DNA from: Burkholderiales bacterium | GTDB lineage: Bacteria > Pseudomonadota > Gammaproteobacteria > Burkholderiales > SG8-39 | NCBI GenBank assembly: GCA_041635755.1 | Contig: JBFKUL010000002.1 | Coordinates: 1-34,198, forward strand | DNA length: 34,198 nt | Direction: 5' to 3' | Shown: piece by piece, positions 1-9,771 of the stretch | Layout of the letters: every line of letters begins with the position of its first letter | Numbering within the stretch: the stretch's first letter is position 1 | Notes under the pieces: model-generated | The model's database searches: none | Told to the model about the DNA's origin: nothing | The model's input: the letters and a program-made list of their open reading frames with translations, nothing else | Translations under genes and position numbers: made by a program

Positions 1-1
1 C

Positions 2-670
2 AACAAGGACGCGCGTTGCTGGAACCGCGACGTGATTCACACGTTGAAGAAGCCGTTCAAGAAGAACACCGGCATCGCGGTGCTGCGCGGCAATCTGTGC
101 CCGGACGGCGCCATCATCAAGCCCTCGGCGGCCACTCCCAAACTGCTCAAGCACCGCGGCCGCGCCGTGGTGTTCGAGGATATCGAGGATTTCCACAAGC
201 GCATTGACGACCCGAATCTCGACATCGACGAGCGCTCGATCATGGTGCTGAAGAACTGCGGGCCGAAGGGCTACCCTGGCATGGCGGAAGTCGGCAACAT
301 GCCGCTGCCGCCAAAGGTGCTGAAGAAGGGCATCACCGACATGGTGCGCATCTCGGATGCGCGCATGAGCGGTACCGCATACGGCACGGTGGTGCTGCAT
401 GCCTCGCCCGAGGCGGCCGCGGGCGGCGTGCTGGCGTTGGTCCAGAACGGCGACGAGATCGAGCTCGACGTCGCCAAGCGCCGCCTCGAGCTCTTGGTGA
501 GCAAGAAGGAACTCGCGAAGCGCAAGGCAAAGTGGAAGGCGCCCAAGCCGCCGCTCGAGCGAGGATACTGGCGACTTTACTTCGACCACGTGCTGCAGGC
601 GCACGAGGGCGCGGACCTCGATTTCCTGGTGGGCCGCAGCGGACCCTTCGTCCCTCGCGACAACCACTAG
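2..670 (+). CDS. IlvD/Edd-family dehydratase (dihydroxy-acid or sugar-acid dehydratase), C-terminal part; the 5' end lies outside the window
   Basis: The frame is open from the window edge (NKDARCWNRD precedes the listed GTG at 32). The C-terminal half shows the family pattern: GIAVLRGNLCPDGAIIKPSA, VFEDIEDF, MVLKNCGPKGYPGMAEV, RISDARMSGTAYGTVVLHASPEAAAGG, GDEIELD. Third-codon positions are GC-rich. Confidence 0.85.
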   Translation, partial: NKDARCWNRDVIHTLKKPFKKNTGIAVLRGNLCPDGAIIKPSAATPKLLKHRGRAVVFEDIEDFHKRIDDPNLDIDERSIMVLKNCGPKGYPGMAEVGNMPLPPKVLKKGITDMVRISDARMSGTAYGTVVLHASPEAAAGGVLALVQNGDEIELDVAKRRLELLVSKKELAKRKAKWKAPKPPLERGYWRLYFDHVLQAHEGADLDFLVGRSGPFVPRDNH

Positions 671-772
671 CCGCGCAACACGCACACCCGCGCCGGCGGT
701 CTCGTCAGGGCGCCCCCTGCGGTGGTACCCTGCCCGCGACGGACAGAACCGTTTTTTCGTAGGAGCAAGGCC

Positions 773-2293
773 ATGCTGCAAGCCGCCGATCTGATCATCC
801 GATTGAATGCCGCGGACGACGTCGTCATCGCGCGCGTCGAGATCCCGGCCGGCACCATGATCGCGCGCGAGAACGTACGCGCCGAGGTCACCATCCCGGC
901 CGGGCACAAGATCGCCGTGCGCGGCATCGAGCAGGGCCAGCCGGTCAAGCGCTACAACCAGATCATCGGCTTCGCCACCAAGGCGATCCGGCCGGGCGAG
1001 CACGTGCACGTGCACAACCTCGCCATGGGCGAGTTCGAGCGCGACTACGCCTTCTGCAGCGACGTGAAGCCGATCGACTACGTGACGCCCCAGGCGACCT
1101 TCCAGGGCATCGTGCGCGCCGACGGGCGCGTCGCGACGCGCAACTACATCGGCATCCTGACCAGCGTGAACTGCTCGGCTACCGTGGCGCGCATGGTCTC
1201 CGACCACTTCCGCAACAACCTCGCCGACTACCCGAACGTCGACGGCGTGGTGGCCCTCACCCACAAGACCGGCTGCGGCATGGCCACCAATGGCGAAGGC
1301 ATGGAACTCCTGCAGCGCACGCTGACCGGCTACGCGCAGCACCCCAACTTCTATGCGGTGCTTAATATCGGCCTGGGCTGCGAGGCGAATCAGATCAACT
1401 TCTGGCTCGACAGCGCGAAGCTCAAGACCAGCGACAAGCTGCAGGCCTTCACAATCCAGGAGAAGGGCGGCACCACCAAGGCGGTCAAGGACGGCATCGC
1501 CCGCATCAAGGCGCTGCTCCCGGAGGCGAACAAGGTGAAGCGCGAGCCAGTGCCCGCGAGCCACCTGATCCTCGGGCTCGAATGCGGCGGCTCCGACGGT
1601 TACTCGGGCATCAGCGCCAACCCCGCGCTCGGCGCGGCGGTCGACTTGCTCGTGCGCCATGGCGGCACCGCGATCCTCTCTGAGACGCCCGAGGTTTATG
1701 GCGCCGAGCACCTACTCACCCGTCGCGCGGTGACGCGCGAGGTCGGCGAGAAGCTGCTCGCGCGCATCCGCTGGTGGGAGGATTACACTGCGCGCAACAA
1801 GATGGAGATGAACAACAATCCTTCGCCCGGAAACAAAGCGGGCGGCCTTACCACCATTCTCGAGAAATCGCTCGGCGCCGCGGCCAAGGGCGGCACCATG
1901 AACCTGGTCGATGTCTACAAGTTCGCCGAGAAGGTCGCCGCGAAGGGGTTCGTCTTCATGGACACGCCGGGCTACGACCCGGTCTCGGTCACCGGCCACG
2001 TCGCGGGTGGCGCCAACGTCGTGTGCTTCACCACCGGGCGCGGCTCGGTGTTCGGCTGCAAGCCTTCGCCGTCGCTCAAGCTCGCCACCAACACCCGCCT
2101 CTACCAGAACATGGAAGAGGACATGGATATCAACTGCGGCACCATCGTCGATGGCACCGAGACCGTGCCGCAGGTCGGCGAGCGCATCTTCAAGCTGATC
2201 CTCGAGACCGCCTCGGGCACGCAATCGAAATCCGAGGGGCTCGGTTTCGGCGAGGACGAGTTCGCCCCCTGGGTGGTCGGCGCCACGATGTGA
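773..2293 (+). CDS. UxaA/GarD-family sugar-acid dehydratase (altronate/galactarate dehydratase-like) with an N-terminal SAF domain
   Basis: The N-terminus is SAF-like (DDVVIARVEIPAGT...IPAGHKIAVRGIEQGQPVKRY...GEHVHVHN), followed by a large UxaA-type body (GILTSVNCSA, LTHKTGCG, GLECGGSDGYSG, FMDTPGYDPVSVTG, VCFTTGRGS). The start is moved to the ATG at 773, preceded by AGGAG at 761-765. The listed 722 start would add an Arg/Pro-rich leader. Confidence 0.85.
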   Translation: MLQAADLIIRLNAADDVVIARVEIPAGTMIARENVRAEVTIPAGHKIAVRGIEQGQPVKRYNQIIGFATKAIRPGEHVHVHNLAMGEFERDYAFCSDVKPIDYVTPQATFQGIVRADGRVATRNYIGILTSVNCSATVARMVSDHFRNNLADYPNVDGVVALTHKTGCGMATNGEGMELLQRTLTGYAQHPNFYAVLNIGLGCEANQINFWLDSAKLKTSDKLQAFTIQEKGGTTKAVKDGIARIKALLPEANKVKREPVPASHLILGLECGGSDGYSGISANPALGAAVDLLVRHGGTAILSETPEVYGAEHLLTRRAVTREVGEKLLARIRWWEDYTARNKMEMNNNPSPGNKAGGLTTILEKSLGAAAKGGTMNLVDVYKFAEKVAAKGFVFMDTPGYDPVSVTGHVAGGANVVCFTTGRGSVFGCKPSPSLKLATNTRLYQNMEEDMDINCGTIVDGTETVPQVGERIFKLILETASGTQSKSEGLGFGEDEFAPWVVGATM

Positions 2294-2327
2294 CCCGGGG
2301 CAGCGAAGCGCGGTTTGCCTCGGCTCG

Positions 2328-2668
2328 CTAGGGGAACGGCGCCTCGCGCTCGCCACCGTGCGGGCCGTAGAACATCACCCAGACGGCGAAATCGTCGCTG
2401 AAGTCCTCGAAGCGATGCTCCATGCCTGCAGGCACGAACAGAACGTCGTTCAACGCGACGCGCACGCGCTCGCCGCCGCGTACAAAACTGCCCTGGCCGC
2501 GCGCCACGACGTAAATCTCGTCCCGGTCGTGCGGCGTTTGCGGGTCGACGCTCTTCGGCGCGTAATGCCGCAACTCGAGGCTGCCGTGCTCGAACAGCAG
2601 TGCCGAACGGCGCCCTTCGGGCAGCGGCGCCGCTTCAGCTTCAGCGAGCCTCTGGTGCCAGGCCGAAC

Positions 2669-2687
<19 letters not shown>
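2328..2687 (-). CDS. Cupin-domain protein (small, single domain)
   Basis: The C-terminal 90 aa form a cupin barrel pattern (HDRDEIYVVARGQGSF...VLFVPAGMEHRFEDFSDDFAVWVMFYG). The upstream part of the 180-aa ORF overlaps the thioredoxin-fold gene out of frame and is Arg-rich, so the start is moved to the internal ATG at 2687. No clear SD is visible, so the start is uncertain. Confidence 0.55.
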
Positions 2688-3226
<539 letters not shown>

Positions 3227-3267
3227 GAGGATGCTCCTGCTGACTGCGACGCTACAATGCTAGCATC

Positions 3268-4017
3268 ATGCGCCACCGGCCCGCACGCGCACCGCGCTTT
3301 CATTTGGACGCCGAGCTGCGCAGCGGCACGCGTATCCTCCTCTCCGAGCGAGCCGCGCATCACGCGCTTCGAGTGCTGCGTCTGCGCCCGGGCGACGAGG
3401 TCGTGCTGTTCAACGGTCGCGGCGGCGAGTATCAGGGAGTGCTTGCGAGCGCCGGACGTCGCGGCCTAGCGGCCGAGGTCGGCGCCTGGCACGACGTCGA
3501 GCGCGAGTCCCCGCTCGATGCGACGCTCGTGCAAGGCCTTTCCTCGGGCGAGCGCATGGATCTCACCATTCAGAAGGCGGTCGAGCTCGGCGCGAGCGCC
3601 ATACGGCCGGTATTGACCGAGCGCTCGGTGGTGCGTCTCGCGAGCGAGCGCGCGCGCAACCGCCTCGAGCACTGGCGCCGTATCGCCGTCGCCGCCTGCG
3701 AGCAGTGCGGCCGCAACCGGCTGCCTACGCTCCACGCTCCGGTTGCGCTGGCCGACTACTGCGCGCAGCCCGACGACGCGTCTCTGCGCCTGCTGCTGGC
3801 ACCCGAGGCGACGGTCGCGTTGCGCGATTCGGTCGCGCGCATCGGGCGCACCGTCGCGCTCGCCGCGGGTCCCGAATCGGGGTTCACGGCAGCCGAGGAG
3901 GCGAACCTGGCGGGCGCCGGTTTCATCCCCGTGCGGCTCGGCGCGCGCGTGCTGCGCACCGAGACGGCGGCGCTTGCCGCCCTTGCGGCGCTCAACGCGC
4001 TGGCGGGAGATTTCTGA
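3268..4017 (+). CDS. rsmE: 16S rRNA (uracil1498-N3)-methyltransferase
   Basis: N-terminal PRFHLD...HHALRVLRLRPGDEVVLFNGRGGEY, with C-terminal SPOUT-knot motifs LAAGPESGFTAAE and LGARVLRTETAALAALA. The size (249 aa) fits RsmE. Confidence 0.85.
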   Translation: MRHRPARAPRFHLDAELRSGTRILLSERAAHHALRVLRLRPGDEVVLFNGRGGEYQGVLASAGRRGLAAEVGAWHDVERESPLDATLVQGLSSGERMDLTIQKAVELGASAIRPVLTERSVVRLASERARNRLEHWRRIAVAACEQCGRNRLPTLHAPVALADYCAQPDDASLRLLLAPEATVALRDSVARIGRTVALAAGPESGFTAAEEANLAGAGFIPVRLGARVLRTETAALAALAALNALAGDF

Positions 4018-4020
4018 CCG

Positions 4021-4623
4021 CTACTTGATGCTTGCGCGCTCGCGCTCGAACAACGCAAGCATGCGCTGATCGCCCGAGGCGCGCGCGATCTCGAGCGCGC
4101 TCCTTCCTTCGGCATCGCGCGCCGAAAGGTTGACGCCACGGGCATGAAGATAAAGCTCGACCGCCAGCGCGTCGTTCCGTCTCACCGCTTCGAGAAACTG
4201 CTGGGCGTCGTGGTACCTCAGACCCATGGCATGCAGATCCTTGCGCGCCTGCAGCGCGCGCTCGACCGCGAGCGGCTCAGGTTGCAGCGCGGCCCGCGCC
4301 CGCTCGCGTCGCGCGAGCCCCACGAGGTCCTGGGCCACCGCCGCGACCTGGCCGCGGTATTGCGGCGGCATGTCCTCGAACATCTCCTGGAAGAGGCCTT
4401 GCGCGGCGCGGTTGACGTCCTCGTTCTCGCCGGCGAGCATCGCGTCCACGCCCTTGTTCATGGCCTGCGGATCGGGCGATTGCGCGGCAATGCGCACGAA
4501 GGAGTGCACCAGCGACAGCATGCGGCCGAACGTTTGCCAGTCATCGGCTGCGGGCGAGCTGGCGCGGACGGCCGCGGAGGAAGCGAAAAGGGCCAAAGCG
4601 AGCGTGGCGCAGATCAACCGCAT
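4021..4623 (-). CDS. Secreted protein with a C-terminal ankyrin-type repeat; otherwise unknown
   Basis: Signal peptide MRLICATLALALFASSAAVRASS. The C-terminus FLEAVRRNDALAVELYLHARGVNLSARDAEGRSALEIARASGDQRMLALF matches the ankyrin repeat pattern. Codon third positions are GC-rich on this strand. The overlapping plus-strand ORFs are Arg-rich shadows. Confidence 0.65.
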   Translation of the reverse strand: MRLICATLALALFASSAAVRASSPAADDWQTFGRMLSLVHSFVRIAAQSPDPQAMNKGVDAMLAGENEDVNRAAQGLFQEMFEDMPPQYRGQVAAVAQDLVGLARRERARAALQPEPLAVERALQARKDLHAMGLRYHDAQQFLEAVRRNDALAVELYLHARGVNLSARDAEGRSALEIARASGDQRMLALFERERASIK

Positions 4624-4756
4624 GGGCGTCTCCCGGCAAGGGGTCTCTATGACTGTGCAACGTATCGCAGCACCCTCAGGTTGACCCTGATCGAATCAAT
4701 CTCTGCGCAAACAACTGAATAGCTTAGAATTTCGAAAAACAACGCGCAGGGAGAAC

Positions 4757-6076
4757 ATGTCGGGCACCGTGAATCCTGAGCAGTTCGTGCGCTGGTTTCG
4801 CCAGGCCGCACCCTACGTGCACGCCTTTCGCGGGCGCACCTTCGTCATCGCCTTTGGCGGTGAGATGGTTGCGGACCGCGCGCGCTTCGCCCATTTCGTA
4901 CAGGACGTAAACCTGCTCGCGGCGCTCGGCATCCGGCTGGTGCTGATCCATGGCGCACGGCCACAGATCGAGGCGGAGCTCAAAGCCAAGCGCTTGCGCT
5001 CACGCTACACCAAAGGCCTGCGCATTACCGACGAGGCGGCGCTGGTGGCGGTGAAGCATGCCGCCGGCGTGCTGCGCGTCGAGATCGAGGCGCTGCTCTC
5101 GCAGGGTCTGCCCAACTCACCGATGGCGGGCGCGCGAATACGCGTCGCTTCCGGCAACTACATCACCGCGCGGCCGATCGGCGTGCTCGATGGCGTCGAC
5201 CTGCAGTTCACCGGCGTAGTGCGCAAAGTCGACGCCAACGCGATTGCGCGGCGCCTGGACGCGGGCGAGGTGGTGCTCGTGCCGCATGTGGGGTACTCGC
5301 CGACCGGTGAAGTGTTCAACCTCGCCTGGGAGGACGTCGCCGAAAGCGTCGCCGTGGCGCTCAAGGCCGAGAAGCTGCTCATGTTCACCGACAGGCTGCC
5401 CGCCGACGCCAGGGGCGAACCGCTTGCCGAGCTCACTGCACGCGAGGTGGAGGCGCTGCTGCGCAAGAAAGAGCTCGGCGCCCAGACCCGGCGCGCGCTC
5501 GAGCATGCGCTGCGCGGTCTCGCCGCGGGCGTCGCCCGCGTCCATCTGGTGACGCGGCGCGTATGGGGCGCGACGCTGCTCGAGCTGTTTACCCACTTCG
5601 GCGTCGGCACCATGATCACCGCCGATGCCGTGGAGCGCCTGCGCGCGGCGCGCATCGAAGACGTGCGGGACATCATCGCGCTCATCGAGCCGCTGGAAGC
5701 CGACGGCACGCTGGTCAAGCGCAGCCGCGAGCTGCTGGAGCGCGAGATCGGCAACTTCCAGGTGATCGAGCACGACGGCGCGATCCTCGGCTGCGCGGCG
5801 CTGTATCCATTTCCACAGGCCAAGAGCGCCGAGTTCGCATGCCTTGCAGTCGCCTCCGGCAATCGGGACGCGGGCTATGGCGAGCGGCTGCTCAAGGCCT
5901 GCGAGGATCGCGCACGGGCGCTACGCATCCGGCGCGTGTTCGCGCTCACTACGCGCGCTGCGCACTGGTTCCTTTCGCAAGGCTTTAGGGCGGCGGACGT
6001 CTCGGCGCTGCCCGAGGAGCGCAAGTCGCTCTACAACTGGAAGCGCGGCTCGAAGGTGTTCCTCAAGCGCCTCTAG
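4757..6076 (+). CDS. argA: Amino-acid N-acetyltransferase (N-acetylglutamate synthase)
   Basis: N-terminal amino-acid-kinase fold (FVRWFRQAAPYVHAFRGRTFVIAFGGE, LVLIHGARPQI) plus a C-terminal GNAT domain (ACLAV...RDAGYGERLL). It is 439 aa, with SD GGGAGA at 4748-4753. Confidence 0.9.
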   Translation: MSGTVNPEQFVRWFRQAAPYVHAFRGRTFVIAFGGEMVADRARFAHFVQDVNLLAALGIRLVLIHGARPQIEAELKAKRLRSRYTKGLRITDEAALVAVKHAAGVLRVEIEALLSQGLPNSPMAGARIRVASGNYITARPIGVLDGVDLQFTGVVRKVDANAIARRLDAGEVVLVPHVGYSPTGEVFNLAWEDVAESVAVALKAEKLLMFTDRLPADARGEPLAELTAREVEALLRKKELGAQTRRALEHALRGLAAGVARVHLVTRRVWGATLLELFTHFGVGTMITADAVERLRAARIEDVRDIIALIEPLEADGTLVKRSRELLEREIGNFQVIEHDGAILGCAALYPFPQAKSAEFACLAVASGNRDAGYGERLLKACEDRARALRIRRVFALTTRAAHWFLSQGFRAADVSALPEERKSLYNWKRGSKVFLKRL

Positions 6077-6103
6077 CGCGACGCGCCGTCGAATCCATCT
6101 CGC

Positions 6104-6109
6104 TATAAT
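6104..6109 (+). promoter_or_regulatory. Candidate -10 hexamer (TATAAT) for yggX
   Basis: A perfect TATAAT lies 29 nt upstream of the yggX ATG in an otherwise GC-rich 61-bp spacer. No convincing -35 element is present. Confidence 0.35.
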
Positions 6110-6137
6110 GCGCTAGTCGAACTGCGGAGTTGCTGCA

Positions 6138-6410
6138 ATGGCAAGAATGGTGAAATGCGTGAAGCTCGGCCGCGAGGCCGAGGGCCTCGATTTTCCGCCC
6201 CTTCCCAACGAACTCGGCAAGCGCATCTGGGAGAACGTCTCCAAGGAGGCGTGGGCGCAATGGCTCAAGCAGCAGACCATGCTGGTGAACGAGAACCGGC
6301 TCAACCTCGCCGACCCACGCGCGCGCAAGTACCTCATGGAGCAGACCGAGCGGCATTTCTTCGGCGAAGGCGCCGAGGTCGCCTCGGGCTACGTACCGCC
6401 CGAGAAGTAG
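6138..6410 (+). CDS. yggX: Fe(2+)-trafficking / oxidative-damage protection protein YggX
   Basis: The 90-aa protein is collinear with the E. coli YggX pattern: [18 protein letters not shown]...SKEAWAQW...QTML.NE.RLN. Confidence 0.9.
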   Translation: MARMVKCVKLGREAEGLDFPPLPNELGKRIWENVSKEAWAQWLKQQTMLVNENRLNLADPRARKYLMEQTERHFFGEGAEVASGYVPPEK

Positions 6411-6431
6411 TCGCAGACGCACAAAGCAAAA

Positions 6432-6453
6432 AGGGCCGGGGCGACCCGGCCTT
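6432..6453. terminator. Bidirectional intrinsic terminator between yggX (+) and phoU (-)
   Basis: GC-rich hairpin GGCCGGG-GCGA-CCCGGCC, extendable by flanking pairs. It is flanked by an A-run upstream (GCAAAAA, 6426-6432) and a T-run downstream (CTTTTG, 6456-6461), which gives a U-tract on both strands. Confidence 0.6.
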
Positions 6454-6478
6454 CGCTTTTGCGCCGCACGGCTCGGCG

Positions 6479-7177
6479 CTACTCAAGCAGCTCGCGCTCG
6501 ACCTGCTCGAGCGAGACGTGGCGCACGTCCCGCCCCTTGACCATGTAGACGACGTACTCGGCCATATTCTTGGCATGGTCGCCGATGCGCTCGACCGCCT
6601 TGGCGATGAACAGGATCTCCAGCGAGCGCGTGATGGTGCGTGGATCCTCCATCATGAAGGTGATCAGCTGACGCATGATGGCGCGGAACTGGTCGTCGAC
6701 CGCCTGGTCCTGCTTGACCACCCGCATCGCCTCGGACACGTCGAGCCGCGCGAAGGCGTCGAGCGACTCGCGCAGCATCGCGAGCGCCCGGTCCGCGACC
6801 CGCGAGAGGTCGATCTGCGGCATGTGCAGGCGTTCGGCGGTGTGGATCAGCTTGGCCATGCGGGCGATCTTCTCGGCCTCATCGCCGATGCGCTCGAGGT
6901 CGGTGATCGTCTTGATCACCGTGATCAGAAGGCGCAGGTCGCCCGCCGCCGGCTGGCGCCGCGCGATGATGTGGCTGCAGGACTCGTCGAGCTCGACTTC
7001 AAGCGCGTTCACGCGGTGATCGTCCGCGATCACCTTGTCGATCAACTCCATGTCGCCGGCGATGAGCGCTTGCATCGCCCGCGTGATCTGCTCCTCGACC
7101 AGGCCGCCCATCTGCAGCACGCGCGAGCGCACGCTTTCGAGCTCGGCGTCGAACTGCTTGGAAATATGCTCTTGCAT
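6479..7177 (-). CDS. phoU: Phosphate signalling complex protein PhoU
   Basis: Two PhoU repeats are present (DLERIGDEAEKIARMA and AVERIGDHAKNMAEYV). The start is moved to the internal ATG (MQEHISKQFDAELE...), giving about 232 aa. The listed 281-aa form adds a Cys/Arg-rich extension. Confidence 0.85.
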   Translation of the reverse strand: MQEHISKQFDAELESVRSRVLQMGGLVEEQITRAMQALIAGDMELIDKVIADDHRVNALEVELDESCSHIIARRQPAAGDLRLLITVIKTITDLERIGDEAEKIARMAKLIHTAERLHMPQIDLSRVADRALAMLRESLDAFARLDVSEAMRVVKQDQAVDDQFRAIMRQLITFMMEDPRTITRSLEILFIAKAVERIGDHAKNMAEYVVYMVKGRDVRHVSLEQVERELLE

Positions 7178-7241
7178 CCAGGCCTTACCTCTCTTGAACA
7201 ATAGCCTATCACGGCGTTGATGACAGCCGCGTGACGCGGCC

Positions 7242-7907
7242 TCAGGTCGGGCCGGCGATCGAACGCACGCCCTCCGCACCGGCGAGCAACAGCAGGTCGG
7301 CAGGCCGGCGCGCAAAAAGGCCATTGGTAACCACGCCGGCGATGCCGTTGAGCTCGGTCTCGAGCGCCGGCGGATCGAGAATGGTCAGCCCATGGCAGTC
7401 GATGATGAGGTTGCCATTGTCGGTCTTGTAGTTCTCGCGCAACTCGGGATGGCCGCCGAGTGCGCGCAACGCGCGACCGACGTGGCCGCGTGCCATCGGA
7501 ATCACCTCTACGGGCAGCGGGAACTTGCCCAGCACGCTCACCAGCTTCGAAGCATCGCAGATGCAGACAAATTTCCTTGCGACCGCAGCGATGATCTTCT
7601 CGCGCGTCAGTGCCCCGCCACCGCCCTTAATCATCGTCAGGTGCTGCGTGACCTCGTCGGCACCGTCGACGTAGACCGGCAGCTCATTGACGCTGTTCAG
7701 ATCGAACACCCGGATGCCGTGCTTCCTCAAGCGCTCGGCGCTCGCTTCCGAAGCGGCGACTGCGCCCTCGATGCGGCCCTTGATGCCCGCGAGGGCGTCG
7801 ATAAAGAAGTTGACCGTCGAGCCCGAGCCGACGCCGACCACAGCGTCCTCGACCACGTGCTTGAGCGCCTCGCGGGCGACGCGCCGCTTGAGTTCGTCCT
7901 GGGACAC
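7242..7907 (-). CDS. rpiA: Ribose-5-phosphate isomerase A
   Basis: [32 protein letters not shown] and [13 protein letters not shown]. It uses a GTG start codon and is 221 aa. Confidence 0.9.
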   Translation of the reverse strand: MSQDELKRRVAREALKHVVEDAVVGVGSGSTVNFFIDALAGIKGRIEGAVAASEASAERLRKHGIRVFDLNSVNELPVYVDGADEVTQHLTMIKGGGGALTREKIIAAVARKFVCICDASKLVSVLGKFPLPVEVIPMARGHVGRALRALGGHPELRENYKTDNGNLIIDCHGLTILDPPALETELNGIAGVVTNGLFARRPADLLLLAGAEGVRSIAGPT

Positions 7908-7917
7908 GGCGCGCTCG

Positions 7918-9702
7918 CTATCGTTTGCGCTGGGGCGGCATGTCGGTGCACACCCCCTCGAAGAGCTCCGCCGCCATGCCCACCGATTCCCCGAGCGTGG
8001 GGTGAGGGTGAATGGTCTTGCCGATGTCGGTGGCGTCCGAGCCCATCTCGATGGCGTGCGCGATCTCGCTGATCAGATCGCCGGCGTTGGTGCCGACGAT
8101 GCCGCCGCCGAGCAACCGGTGGGACTCGGCATCGAAGATCAGCTTGGTGAAGCCCTCGTCGCGCGCGTTGGCGATCGCGCGGCCCGAGGCGGCCCACGGA
8201 AACTTCGCCACCCCCACCTTGGTGCCCGCCTTCTTCGCCTCCTCCTCGGTGAGGCCGGCCCATGCGATCTCCGGGTCGGTGTAGGCAACCGACGGAATGA
8301 CGTGCGCGTCGAAATGCGCCTTGTGGCCGGCCGCCGCCTCCGCTGCGACGTGGCCTTCGTGCACCGCCTTGTGGGCGAGCATCGGCTGCCCGACGACGTC
8401 GCCGATCGCGAAGATATGCGCGACGTTGGTACGCATTTGCGAGTCGACCGCGATGAAGCCACGCTCGTCGACCGAGACACCCGCCTTGTCGGCGCCGATC
8501 TTCTTGCCATTCGGCGTGCGCCCGACCGACACCAGGATCATGTCGTAGAGCTGTGGCTCGGGCGCGCCCTCACCCTCAAACCACGCCTTCAAGCCGGCCG
8601 CGCCGACCTCGACCTTGGTGGTCTTGGTCTTGAGCAGAACGCGATCGAATCGCCTGGCGTTGAATTTCTGCCACACCGTCACCAGGTCGCGATCCGCCCC
8701 GAGCATCAGGCCGTCGAGCATCTCGACCACGTCCAGGCGCGTGCCGAGCGTCGAATACACCGTGCCCATCTCCAACCCGATGATGCCGCCGCCGATCACC
8801 AGCATCTTCTTGGGCCTGCTCTTGAGCTCGAGCGCGCCGGTGGAATCGACGATGCGCGCGTCTGCGGGAAGGAACGGCAGCTTGGCGGACTGCGAGCCGG
8901 CGGCAATGATTGCGCTCGCGAAGCGCACGGCCTTCGTGCCCTCCTTGGTCTGCACACCAAGATGATGCGCATCCAAAAACGTGCCAGTGCCGGTAAGCAC
9001 CGTCACCTTGCGTGCCTTGGCCATGCCGGCGAGGCCGCCGGTGAGCTTGCCGACCACCTTGTCCTTGAATGCGCGCAGCTTGTCCATGTTGATCGTCGGC
9101 TCGCCGAAGGCGATGCCATGGTCCGCCATGGCGCGTGCGGCGTCCGTGATCGCTGCGGTGTGCAGCAGAGCCTTCGAGGGGATGCAGCCGACGTTCAGGC
9201 ACACTCCGCCGAGCGTCGGATAGCGCTCGACCAGTACCGTCTTCAGGCCCAGGTCGGCGGCGCGAAACGCGGCCGAATACCCGCCCGGCCCCGCACCCAG
9301 CACCACGACGTCGCATTCGAGATCGGCGGCTTGTGCTTTCGATCCGGAAGCAGTAGGCGCAGCAGTAGCGCCGGGCCCCGCTTTTGGCGCGGCAGCGCTC
9401 GCCTGCGCGGCCGCGGGCTTGGGCGCCTCCTTCGGCGCGGCCTCCTTTTTCTGCGCTGCGCCCCCCGTCTCAAGCAACAGGATCAGGGTGCCCTGCGAGA
9501 CCTTGTCGTTCAGCTTGACCTTGAGCTCCTTCACCACGCCGGCGTCGGGCGAGGGGATCTCCATGGTCGCCTTGTCCGACTCGACCGTGATCAGCGACTG
9601 CTCCTTGGCCACCGTGTCGCCGGGCTTGACCAGCACTTCGATCACCGCGACGTCCTTGAAATCGCCGATGTCGGGAACTTTGACTTCGATCGGGCTGGCC
9701 AT
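7918..9702 (-). CDS. lpdA: Dihydrolipoyl dehydrogenase (E3) with an N-terminal lipoyl domain
   Basis: Lipoyl domain at aa 1-78 ([13 protein letters not shown]), then an Ala/Pro linker. FAD site [15 protein letters not shown], redox disulfide [16 protein letters not shown] site [12 protein letters not shown] and C-terminal HPHPTLGE follow. Confidence 0.95.
   Translation of the reverse strand: MASPIEVKVPDIGDFKDVAVIEVLVKPGDTVAKEQSLITVESDKATMEIPSPDAGVVKELKVKLNDKVSQGTLILLLETGGAAQKKEAAPKEAPKPAAAQASAAAPKAGPGATAAPTASGSKAQAADLECDVVVLGAGPGGYSAAFRAADLGLKTVLVERYPTLGGVCLNVGCIPSKALLHTAAITDAARAMADHGIAFGEPTINMDKLRAFKDKVVGKLTGGLAGMAKARKVTVLTGTGTFLDAHHLGVQTKEGTKAVRFASAIIAAGSQSAKLPFLPADARIVDSTGALELKSRPKKMLVIGGGIIGLEMGTVYSTLGTRLDVVEMLDGLMLGADRDLVTVWQKFNARRFDRVLLKTKTTKVEVGAAGLKAWFEGEGAPEPQLYDMILVSVGRTPNGKKIGADKAGVSVDERGFIAVDSQMRTNVAHIFAIGDVVGQPMLAHKAVHEGHVAAEAAAGHKAHFDAHVIPSVAYTDPEIAWAGLTEEEAKKAGTKVGVAKFPWAASGRAIANARDEGFTKLIFDAESHRLLGGGIVGTNAGDLISEIAHAIEMGSDATDIGKTIHPHPTLGESVGMAAELFEGVCTDMPPQRKR
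9469..9702 (-). repeat. Lipoyl-domain coding module, copy in lpdA
   Basis: 9561-9678 is about 90% identical at the DNA level to 10956-11073. 9616-9660 is a perfect 45-nt match to 11380-11424. Confidence 0.9.
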
Positions 9703-9771
9703 TTCGGGAATGCCTCTTTAGGAAGATAAGTCGTCGCGCTGCGGCGCGTGCGCCGTCGCGCGGCGCCGGTG

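Noticed and set aside
4700-4745. Possible ARG box or operator upstream of argA (TGAATAGCTTAGAATTTCGAAAAA), together with a TAGAAT -10-like hexamer at 4725-4730.
   Set aside because: Only one TGAAT half matches the ArgR consensus TGAAT-N4-ATTCA, and the second half does not. The TTTCGAAA palindrome is short and there is no credible -35, so the evidence is insufficient.
7687-9729. 680-aa plus-strand ORF opposite lpdA. The same applies to 6155-7204 (+), 9905-11497 (+), 11457-13583 (+), 15639-17420 (-), 18099-19460 (-), 20497-21756 (+), 23774-24535 (+), 25385-26509 (+), 26519-27493 (+), 30146-31195 (+) and 13668-14390 (+).
   Set aside because: All lie antisense to, or out of frame with, genes that carry unmistakable conserved motifs. 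Their translations are Arg/Ala/Gly/His-rich with no recognisable domains. This is the usual stop-codon-poor shadow frame of high-GC coding DNA.
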